Shown one piece after another: positions 20,168 through 28,754 of a DNA stretch of 64,000 nt. The stretch spans positions 32,001 to 96,000 of the IMG/VR virus record IMGVR_UViG_3300042564_002372. The stretch is one strand, 5' to 3'. The position numbers were made by a program, and so were the translations under genes. The stretch is from a virus. The number at the start of each line of letters is the position of its first letter. Within the stretch, counting starts at the first letter, position 1. Under the pieces are notes generated by a model. It ran no database searches and was not told the origin of the DNA. It saw only the letters and a list, made by a program, of their open reading frames with translations.

Positions 20168-23089
20168 TTACATGGATTTAATTGCCTTGACAAGAGCTCC
20201 GTTTTTACCTGTAGTCATCTTCTTCTGTTTTTCCTGAGCAACTTCCATTTGCTTTGCATACAATTCAATTTCCTTTGGAGTCATGTTTCCAAATGGTGTA
20301 CCAGAATATCCTGATCCTTCTAAGTTAAACTGGGCAAGAGGATTCATATTCATTGCTCTGAAGCGTGGATCAAATCTGTAATTGTAAAGGTTTTCGTATG
20401 TTTGAAGGGTTCTGTTCTCAGCCTGGTTCTGTAGATATTTAGCAGAGATAGAATTGAGAGCAGCTTGAGTAATGGCCTTTGTATTAGAAAGAGCTTGTTG
20501 TTGTCTTCCGTATTGTTGATCAAGAATTTGTAAATTTCCTAGACCAAAATCATTTAACATTTTTCTGTTATCAGCATACACTTGATTCTTCATAGCCTGA
20601 TTTAACTTAAACTGCTCACCAAGAACTTTTTGATTGGCTGCATATTTCTGTGCATTCAACGCAGCTAATGCAGCTGGATTAAATCCAATCAATCTTTGAG
20701 CAGCTCTATAATCAGCTTGGTTTTGATTAATATTCTCCTGTAGAGAAATATCAAACGGAACAGTTAGCTGTGGCTGTAAAGTTTGTGCTTGTACAGGCTC
20801 TAATTGATTTTGAGCAAGAGCTAGCATCTCTCCAGATAGCTGACGTGGATCAAGAGCTTCTGCATCAGTTGGTCTAACATAAGGAAGAACTTGATTAACT
20901 ATATTCATCCAATTAAATTTTTCTTCAGCAGCGGGCTTAGGTCTCTGTTTAATTCCTGCCTTATCAACACTTTCAGGAACTTTAATTTCTAAACTTCCTG
21001 GTCCTCTTTGCATTTCTCTTTTACCAAGTACATTAACTCCTGGTAAATTAATGTATTCTGGATAAGTCTGTAGTTGATTTTCTAACATGTATCTAACTCC
21101 AGGTTCCAATGCTAAAGCATTTCTGTATATTTTATCGCTAATGTCTTCACCGCCTTGAGCTTTCTTAACCGAAGCTCCTTTCTTAGCCTTTTTCACTTTA
21201 CCCTGTGCTAAATCATCAGCTACAAGATTGTATTCTTCAGCAGTGTCATTAATAGCAGATTGTAGATTAGCTAGTTTTATTTTCTCATCAGCAATAGTCT
21301 TGAGCGTTTGATTTCCTCCATACGCATTTGCTTTCAATGATTCGAAAGTGAGTAGGTCGTATGGACTAGTAACATTTAAGTTGTCAAGTTCTGTAACAGA
21401 CTTATCGATAAGTTTATTTTGTTTCTGCTCAGTTTTAGATAGGTCAGCAACATAGTTTTTAAACTTCTTACCTGCTGCTTTAGGAATACCAATCATCTCA
21501 GCACCAAACTTTGGAACTTTTAAGTTACCAAATACTGTAAGACTAGTATTTCCTGTACCATCTTTTAATTTAACAGCAGGTTCTTCTCCTTCCACTTCAA
21601 CACTTGCTTTTCCAGTAGCAGCATCTGTACCGTATTCTGCATAATCTGTATAACTATCGTTTCCTGTATCACCAAAAGAAGCACCTATTCCAGTTCTTCC
21701 CTTTCCATCAGACTCATCATGAGAATTACCTTTAAACATTACAGTTTCTCCTCCTTCAGGAAGATGATGATTATATGAAATAGGTTCTGCATATCCACCC
21801 CAATGAGTTTTAAGATCACCACCCATAGCAAATTTATCTCTTCCTGTATACATTGCACGTTCGCTAGGAGGGGTGTAACTTTTTAAATGTCCACCTGCAC
21901 GTAGTGTATCCATTGTTGGATCTGGAGCAAACAATCTAGTTAATGGTATACCTTCAAGTTCTGTTGCCACCTGTGGATTTGCAATACCACCATCTCTCAT
22001 ATAAGAGTAGTTTTGTTGTTGCAGTCCTTGAGTGCCTTGATCAAAAGCCATCTGCTCAATGTTACTTTGAGTTTTTCTATTAGCAGCTTCTGTTTTTCTA
22101 ACATTTCCGCTGCCTACAAGATTACCAAGAGTCTGACCAGCAAACTTTCCAATCATACCTCCAACTGGACCACCAAGCAATGTACCTGCTACACTTCCAA
22201 TTCCAGCACCTACTTTTCCAGCACCAGTAACGCCATATCCTTTTGGACTTCCGAGTCCAGCAGTGAGTTGAGAAAGAGCATCTCCTCCTCCCTGTTCTTG
22301 AAACTTAAAGATGTCAGTTTTTTGACCAGACGAATTCATTTTCAAAAAATCAGGATTGGTTTTGAAGTTTGAAAACATACCACCATCAGCAGCTTCTTCC
22401 AAGTCTGTGTAAATAGTGTTAGGAGCAAATGTGTTTGCTATCTCTGTACCATTCTTTGCAACAGTGGTTCCTACGCCATAGATGGGAAAGAACTCTCCTC
22501 CTGTATTAATATTATCTTCTGGACGTACATATTTTCTTTGAACTTGCTCAGGACGTGTCATAGAAGCTTTACGAGCAACACCACTAACTTCAGCCATTTG
22601 CTGTGCTTGTTGGCGCATGTCTTTTTCTTCGCCCATTTGTTGGATACCACTAACTACGTCACCAGCTGCTTGAGCAACAGCCATTGGTCCACCAGCTTTA
22701 CCAACACCCTTACCAATTTTTCCAAACATGTCAGCCATGCCTGATTTACCCATTGGCATTGTCTCATCACCAAAAAGAGCCTTCTTCAACTTCTTGCCAT
22801 TCTTAGCACCTTTCTGTTGTGAAGCAAGTTGTGCCATTTTTAAAGCTTCCTCATCACGCATATCTTGTGTTGAGCCAGTGATGAACATATCATTCTGGTC
22901 ATACAACTGTTGAAAGTTGATTGGTTGAGGATTAAACTGAAGAGATGTATTTCCTTGAATCATAGCTCCCATCTGAGCTTTCTTCAAAGCTTTCCCATGA
23001 ACCTTCATAAAAGATTCTTCTGTAGGGAATTTTTTGTAAAATTCTTTCTCAGACTTAACACCTGCTATCTTTAAAATTTCAGCCTTCAT
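20168..23089 (-). CDS. Putative cargo/ejection protein with Gly-rich hydrophobic segments and repeated A/F-x-x-G(G) motifs
   Basis: 973 aa; glycine-zipper-like GKVGAGIGSVAGTLLGGPVGGMIG; recurring KKAQMG/AKNG/FAMGG/AQGG; located in the cargo gene cluster. Confidence 0.6.
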   Translation of the reverse strand: MKAEILKIAGVKSEKEFYKKFPTEESFMKVHGKALKKAQMGAMIQGNTSLQFNPQPINFQQLYDQNDMFITGSTQDMRDEEALKMAQLASQQKGAKNGKKLKKALFGDETMPMGKSGMADMFGKIGKGVGKAGGPMAVAQAAGDVVSGIQQMGEEKDMRQQAQQMAEVSGVARKASMTRPEQVQRKYVRPEDNINTGGEFFPIYGVGTTVAKNGTEIANTFAPNTIYTDLEEAADGGMFSNFKTNPDFLKMNSSGQKTDIFKFQEQGGGDALSQLTAGLGSPKGYGVTGAGKVGAGIGSVAGTLLGGPVGGMIGKFAGQTLGNLVGSGNVRKTEAANRKTQSNIEQMAFDQGTQGLQQQNYSYMRDGGIANPQVATELEGIPLTRLFAPDPTMDTLRAGGHLKSYTPPSERAMYTGRDKFAMGGDLKTHWGGYAEPISYNHHLPEGGETVMFKGNSHDESDGKGRTGIGASFGDTGNDSYTDYAEYGTDAATGKASVEVEGEEPAVKLKDGTGNTSLTVFGNLKVPKFGAEMIGIPKAAGKKFKNYVADLSKTEQKQNKLIDKSVTELDNLNVTSPYDLLTFESLKANAYGGNQTLKTIADEKIKLANLQSAINDTAEEYNLVADDLAQGKVKKAKKGASVKKAQGGEDISDKIYRNALALEPGVRYMLENQLQTYPEYINLPGVNVLGKREMQRGPGSLEIKVPESVDKAGIKQRPKPAAEEKFNWMNIVNQVLPYVRPTDAEALDPRQLSGEMLALAQNQLEPVQAQTLQPQLTVPFDISLQENINQNQADYRAAQRLIGFNPAALAALNAQKYAANQKVLGEQFKLNQAMKNQVYADNRKMLNDFGLGNLQILDQQYGRQQQALSNTKAITQAALNSISAKYLQNQAENRTLQTYENLYNYRFDPRFRAMNMNPLAQFNLEGSGYSGTPFGNMTPKEIELYAKQMEVAQEKQKKMTTGKNGALVKAIKSM

Positions 23090-23090
23090 A

Positions 23091-26000
23091 TCAGTTGTAT
23101 TTATCCAGCCAGTTATCCTTGTCTGGGTTATTTGTAAAGTTAAGTAATTGATTTAATTTTTTCATTGGTTGGGCATCTAATTGATTGATTCCCAATTCAG
23201 CAACTGGATACTCTGTCACCTTCTTTCCTTTGAATTTATAATTCTTTCCTGGCTTCATAAGCTTTGTATCTCCTGCATCAGAAACACCAACAACATCGTA
23301 AGGAACTCCTTCCATAGTGATGTAGTTGCTATCAATCTCTGTCACTTTTCCAGGATGTGCCCATTGACCTCTGTTGTCTTTTATCACTCCTCCTTTTCTT
23401 TTCTTTGGAAGATAGAATCTATCATATATTTCAATAGGGTTCATCATTCTATTCAAAGCAGGATTATTAAAATCATACTTATCATAAATAGAAACATAAG
23501 AACCATCAGGACTCTTCTGTAATGTAAATCTTTGTAAAGGATCTATATCTCCAAATTTTACATTCTTATCTGTGTCTGCATTTTCAGAATACCACTTACT
23601 ATCTAAGATTGGTAACAAACCATTCATTTCCATTTTCTCACCAGGTTTTAAATCCTTAGTGAGGTTCATCAACTCATAATCATCAATAACATCTCTGATA
23701 GTGTAATACTTAGCATCAGGATCTTTTGCTACAGAAGGTTTGTACTTTGACTCTTTTAGATATTGTCTTTCGCCAGGGATGTTCATTGCTGTTGCCCAGA
23801 ACTCTTCAGCCAAGTGTGGTTTACCACTTTTAGTTTTCAATGGTTCAGATTCATTACCCATTAAATAATTATATGCATATACAGGAAGTTTTAATGCATT
23901 AGGATAATCTACTGGCCTAACAGTTTTATACACCTCTGTATTACTTAAAGGTTTTAACGCATTTAATAAACTAAGAGCCTTTGTTGTAACAGGATCAGAT
24001 ATTTCTTCAGATACAAACTTTGTTGCTTTTTTTGCAAAACTTTCTTCTCCACCATCCTGCATACTCTTTGGTTTCCAATCCAATCCATTCTGGTAGAATT
24101 TCATTTCTCCACCATTCTGTTTTTTAGGAACTTCATTCTTTGACTCTTCTGATTTTTCTTTAGCTTTTTTATGCATGTAGCTAGAACCACCTATTATTCC
24201 AGCTCCTGCAACGCCAGCTCCTTTAAAGTATTTGTTATTTTGAGCATTATTCCAATCTTTCAAAACATCCATTTGCTTTTCATCAGCAATCTTAGGTGTG
24301 CTAAGCATTACAGCATCAACTGCTTCATTTTCTTTTGCTACACCTTTTGGAAAGCTTTGGACTTTCTCAATCAACTTATTATTGTTGTGATCAAAAAAGT
24401 TTCCAGCATCATCATAGTATATTCTATTTTTTAAATCAAAAGGTGCTCCTCCAGTTAAAGAAGACACTTCAAATTCTTTTAATTTTTTTGGTAATCCTTT
24501 AATTGGTTGAAGAGGTTGTAAGTCCCAAGTGTCTGTGAAATCAACAAATTTTCTACCTTGTTCATCCACTCCTTTTGTAATCCATCCATTACCATGAACG
24601 GCACCAAAATTAAATTCTGGTCGAACTTCCATTGTCCCAAATGAAGACTTAGGATTATCAACTATAGATTGTAAATCTTCCTTTCCAATTCTAAAATCAT
24701 TTATTGCTAATGTATTATCTGCATTTTTAGAAAATGTATCATAGTTAGGTTCTAATCCATTATATAATCTCCAAGCATCAAATCTATTTTTAGTAGCATG
24801 TGTCTTAGGTTTAAATTTTAAAAAATTTGGAGTTAGTAATTCTGCTGGGGAAGCTAAAACTGTAAAAGGATCATAGCCTATAGGTGTGATACTTCTATTT
24901 ACAACTTCTCCTACTTGTTTTGTTAAATTTTTACCAAGTTGTTTACCAACTAATTTAGATCCTCCCCCAATCAATGTTGGATCAATTGCTGATAGTCCAA
25001 TGTTTGCAGCATTCTGTAAAAACCCTTCTGGATTTTCATAGCCTAGAACATCAGAAAGATCTCTTTGACTGCTTCCAAATTGTCCAAAGTTTGGATTTAC
25101 ATTACTGAAGTTATAAGGCTTACCTGTCAACATTGCAACAGTTTCTGCTAATGCTGCTGTAGGAACTTGCTCAAGCTTCATTAGGTTTTCAGGAATGCCA
25201 TATAATGCTGCTGTTGTAAAGTCACGCAATGAGTCCATTGTGTAACTTCTAGGAGCTGTGACAGTTACTTCAGGTAAGTCAGGTAGAGTGAATGCACCAT
25301 CATAGTATGTGCCCACTTGCCTGTTCCTATACATCTCTGGATAGCGGGGATCGTTTATAGATATTCTTTCTATGTCATCGCCCTTTTGCGCAGAAGGTAT
25401 TCCTCCACCATTTTGAAATCCATCAATTGGGTAGTATGATTTTCTACCATATACTTCACCAGTTTTTTCTCCAGACTTAGAGTTTATATAATTTGCAAGC
25501 TTCTTAGCAGTGGCAGCAGGACTCATGCTTTCAGTCTTTGTAGGTAGAGGTTGTGATTTAGGATATATTAATTCAACATCACCACTAGGATATACTCCTT
25601 CAATATCACTACTACTAATTACATTAGGTGAACTTGTTTGAGACATTACATCATAAGCTGTTTCTGCACCTAGTGCTCCAAGAAGACCTCTATTCCACAG
25701 CAATGAATTATTTGTCATTCCTTTCACATTACTAAAAAGCTCCAAATACCCTGTATCAGTTTTGTTTAAATTTATAGGGGAGTTGGCAGCACGTCTTGCT
25801 TGTTCTGTTAATGGATACAATGGATCGCCAGGTCTTAGCATCATTGCAGGTCTTCTAAAAGTGTTTGCTCCTAGGAATGTTGGTAAAGCAACACTAGCCA
25901 AATTAATTCCTGCATTTAAGTAATTACCTCTATAAGCCTCATCAGCACCTTGTAATCCATCTACAATCATTCCAGCAATATTGCCAACTCTACCAACAGC

Positions 26001-27392
26001 TTGTGCAGTTGGATGAGGAATAAAGTTTCCCATTTGCATTACATCAGTTGCTACATCAGCATACCCAAGCCCTTGTCGTATCAATTCTTCGCCACGTCCA
26101 GGAGCTTGTTTTAGCTGAGGTAGGCTTTGTAGATATTTGAAATATTGATATTCTGGATTTTCTTTAAGTTCTAGTCCTGCAATTTTATTAGCAATATTAG
26201 TATCTATATTTGTTTCATCTTTTTCAATCTTTTTTCCTTTCTGTGCTGAAGCCATTGTCTTCTTTGCATACTTTCCTTTGCTAGGAGCAGAACCAGCTGT
26301 ACGTGCGTATGTAAATCCTACAGAGCCAGGAATAGACATACCACCCATTGCAATTGGTGTAATTTCTTCATCACCTTTAGCAATGATGTTCATTAGCTTG
26401 ATAAAGTTTTCATCACCTGTCAACATGAGTGTTCTGTCAAGTGATTCATTATTCTTTAATTGTTTTTTTGCTTTATCCAGATCTTCTTTTGTAAACTCTT
26501 TACCTTTTCTAATATCATAAATATCTTTATCATACATTAGGAATCTAAGAGCATTTAAGTCAGATCTTAACTCACGAGGTTTTTCTAAATGTTGAGCATC
26601 TTGTACTTTTGACCAAAGTTCTGGAGTTAAAACTTTAGGAAGTTTCTTAGTCCAGTTTGGATCTATTGATGATCTTAGTAAATTAATTTCTTTACTACTA
26701 AGATCTGATTCGTATGTATCTATTGCATGTGCAATTTCATGGGCCTTTACTGTATTTACATCTCCATCAAAATCTCTTGGATTAATATTAGCTACTCCCT
26801 CACCCTCAAAAAATTCAGATCTTTTTGTTGGATCATAGGTTATAGCACCTGGTCGTTGAAGCTTTTCTAGTTCTAGAAAGTTACTTCTCATTTCCCTATC
26901 AATTAAACCACCGCTATATGGATCAAGTATTTCATCTCCTGTAACAGGGCTATATTCAGGAAATTCTTGATAACCTGTTTCTATTTTTCTTCTTCTATAT
27001 TCTGGACTAGTAATCCAAGATTTGAAAAACTCTACTGGATCTTTTGTTTTTTCTAAATAAGGAACTGTGGGTATAGGAGTATATTCAGGCATTCTAGCTG
27101 CTTGATCAAATGGAGAAGGATCTCTAAAGCCTTGTACAACCACTTCAGGAAGATTATATTGAGCTGCAATGCCCCTGTCCTTCTCCTCTTGCATTTTCTT
27201 ATTCATGTAGGCAGTTACACCACCTTGAGCAATTGGAATAAGTTCACCACCATCTTGAAACTGTCCTCCCCATGCGGGAGAATAGTTTCTTCCTTTAGTG
27301 TTATATCCTAGTCCAACAAAGCCTTCAGGAAGGCTAACGTTTGAATCATTAGCGTTGTCTGCTTTCCCAAAGTTATCTAACCATCCTTTCAT
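23091..27392 (-). CDS. Modular cargo protein with a zincin HExxH module and repeated xQxGG linkers
   Basis: 1433 aa; HEIAH at 26727-26741; FQDGG/AQGG/AMGG/FQNGG/KQNGG/MQDGG separate unrelated modules. Confidence 0.6.
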   Translation of the reverse strand: MKGWLDNFGKADNANDSNVSLPEGFVGLGYNTKGRNYSPAWGGQFQDGGELIPIAQGGVTAYMNKKMQEEKDRGIAAQYNLPEVVVQGFRDPSPFDQAARMPEYTPIPTVPYLEKTKDPVEFFKSWITSPEYRRRKIETGYQEFPEYSPVTGDEILDPYSGGLIDREMRSNFLELEKLQRPGAITYDPTKRSEFFEGEGVANINPRDFDGDVNTVKAHEIAHAIDTYESDLSSKEINLLRSSIDPNWTKKLPKVLTPELWSKVQDAQHLEKPRELRSDLNALRFLMYDKDIYDIRKGKEFTKEDLDKAKKQLKNNESLDRTLMLTGDENFIKLMNIIAKGDEEITPIAMGGMSIPGSVGFTYARTAGSAPSKGKYAKKTMASAQKGKKIEKDETNIDTNIANKIAGLELKENPEYQYFKYLQSLPQLKQAPGRGEELIRQGLGYADVATDVMQMGNFIPHPTAQAVGRVGNIAGMIVDGLQGADEAYRGNYLNAGINLASVALPTFLGANTFRRPAMMLRPGDPLYPLTEQARRAANSPINLNKTDTGYLELFSNVKGMTNNSLLWNRGLLGALGAETAYDVMSQTSSPNVISSSDIEGVYPSGDVELIYPKSQPLPTKTESMSPAATAKKLANYINSKSGEKTGEVYGRKSYYPIDGFQNGGGIPSAQKGDDIERISINDPRYPEMYRNRQVGTYYDGAFTLPDLPEVTVTAPRSYTMDSLRDFTTAALYGIPENLMKLEQVPTAALAETVAMLTGKPYNFSNVNPNFGQFGSSQRDLSDVLGYENPEGFLQNAANIGLSAIDPTLIGGGSKLVGKQLGKNLTKQVGEVVNRSITPIGYDPFTVLASPAELLTPNFLKFKPKTHATKNRFDAWRLYNGLEPNYDTFSKNADNTLAINDFRIGKEDLQSIVDNPKSSFGTMEVRPEFNFGAVHGNGWITKGVDEQGRKFVDFTDTWDLQPLQPIKGLPKKLKEFEVSSLTGGAPFDLKNRIYYDDAGNFFDHNNNKLIEKVQSFPKGVAKENEAVDAVMLSTPKIADEKQMDVLKDWNNAQNNKYFKGAGVAGAGIIGGSSYMHKKAKEKSEESKNEVPKKQNGGEMKFYQNGLDWKPKSMQDGGEESFAKKATKFVSEEISDPVTTKALSLLNALKPLSNTEVYKTVRPVDYPNALKLPVYAYNYLMGNESEPLKTKSGKPHLAEEFWATAMNIPGERQYLKESKYKPSVAKDPDAKYYTIRDVIDDYELMNLTKDLKPGEKMEMNGLLPILDSKWYSENADTDKNVKFGDIDPLQRFTLQKSPDGSYVSIYDKYDFNNPALNRMMNPIEIYDRFYLPKKRKGGVIKDNRGQWAHPGKVTEIDSNYITMEGVPYDVVGVSDAGDTKLMKPGKNYKFKGKKVTEYPVAELGINQLDAQPMKKLNQLLNFTNNPDKDNWLDKYN

Positions 27393-27393
27393 A

Positions 27394-28260
27394 TTACTTG
27401 TACGAGATTTGTGCTGGAGCTATAATGAATTGTGAAACTAAATGAGCGTCTGAACGATTGTCAAGAATGTGTCTGATTTTCAATTCTTTAGCTCTAAGGG
27501 GTTCTTTCTTAAATGATCTTGATCCATAGTCCATGTTGATTTGATTCACTTCTTTATCAAGAGAAAGTGATTGACATGTTCTGACAAAGAGTGGTATGCT
27601 CTTGTCTTTCACTACAGACCAGAATGTATTGTACTGATAGAAGTTATCACTCTTAGTAAATGTGATAGTCTTGCTTTCAGCATTTAATATAGGATATTGT
27701 AAGTAGGATTTCAAATTATTGATTGGTTTTGGCACCAGCTCCAATACACCTGTACTCTGCTGTCCATTGTAAAGAACAGCTTTATTAAACCATATATTGT
27801 CAAGTTCTATTCTTGATACATCATTTGACACACCATAAGGATCACTAAAGTATTTGTACACCTTAGTGTAGTCTTTTACATTCTGAAGAATCTCATCTTG
27901 ATATTGATATGCAAAAGGATATTCAATAATGTATGGCTCTATGTGTCCATAGAATGTATTGTAGATAGTGTGATCTAGAAGATGTCTCCAGACACAAGCT
28001 GTCTGAATAGTTTCTAAAGGAGTGTTTTGATATTGATCCTGCGTAATAGTTGTGACAGGGAATGATTTTTGGTACGCACACTTTCCTTCAGATGTAATTG
28101 TAATCAAGTCAACACTATCATCTACAATGAAACTAATGCCTGTAGTTACTTCAGAGAGTGTTACACCTGAGGCAATAACATTCCCATACGCATCTGTGAT
28201 GGTGAAAGGCCCTGAGTTAGGGCCTGTCTTTGTTAGTTTTATAGCGATAGTCTTTGACAT
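27394..28260 (-). CDS. Probable C-terminal part of the tail muzzle/stabilisation protein, with an N-terminal small beta-rich domain
   Basis: The ORF track starts at 28275; MSKTIAIKL at 28260 avoids overlap with the upstream gene. Contains VWRH...YNTFYG...PYIIEYPF; the N-terminus is paralogous to 28262 and 42008. Confidence 0.55.
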   Translation of the reverse strand: MSKTIAIKLTKTGPNSGPFTITDAYGNVIASGVTLSEVTTGISFIVDDSVDLITITSEGKCAYQKSFPVTTITQDQYQNTPLETIQTACVWRHLLDHTIYNTFYGHIEPYIIEYPFAYQYQDEILQNVKDYTKVYKYFSDPYGVSNDVSRIELDNIWFNKAVLYNGQQSTGVLELVPKPINNLKSYLQYPILNAESKTITFTKSDNFYQYNTFWSVVKDKSIPLFVRTCQSLSLDKEVNQINMDYGSRSFKKEPLRAKELKIRHILDNRSDAHLVSQFIIAPAQISYK

Positions 28261-28261
28261 G

Positions 28262-28717
28262 TTATGGGCATCCAATATTTAATGTTTGTTGAATCGAGGC
28301 GTTATAACCACCTGGAGCAATACAACTTGTTATACTAGCTCCTGTGTATGTATAATACCTAACTGGTGAACCAGGAAGAATATATTGTTGACCTGCGCCA
28401 AGAGTTGGTTGAATCAATGTAAATCCGCTGTCCGCTGGATCACATCCTGCAAGTTGATAATATGTACTACATGTAGTTGTTGTTGTAGTAGTTACAGGAA
28501 ATGTGAGAGTTATGTCTATAAAGTTAGTACACAAGCCAGTGGACTTCACACGAACAATTGTAGTTCCTACAGGAGCTAAAGTTGTTGTGTAGCCAGCTAA
28601 AAGAGCTGTTCTAGACACACCTGTTACAAATGCTGTAGTGTATCCATCTATATTAGAGAAGAGGCTAAATGGGCCTGTATCTACCCCAGCTGCGCTCAAT
28701 GTTATTGTTATAGTCAT
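28262..28717 (-). CDS. Small structural/decoration protein (ITL-x-AG-D-GPF domain, Thr linker, Cys-containing domain)
   Basis: 151 aa; the N-terminal ~70 aa align closely with 42008..42259. Confidence 0.6.
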   Translation of the reverse strand: MTITITLSAAGVDTGPFSLFSNIDGYTTAFVTGVSRTALLAGYTTTLAPVGTTIVRVKSTGLCTNFIDITLTFPVTTTTTTTCSTYYQLAGCDPADSGFTLIQPTLGAGQQYILPGSPVRYYTYTGASITSCIAPGGYNASIQQTLNIGCP

Positions 28718-28754
28718 GTTTCAAATTTTAACGCTATTGCTTATTTATTTTATT

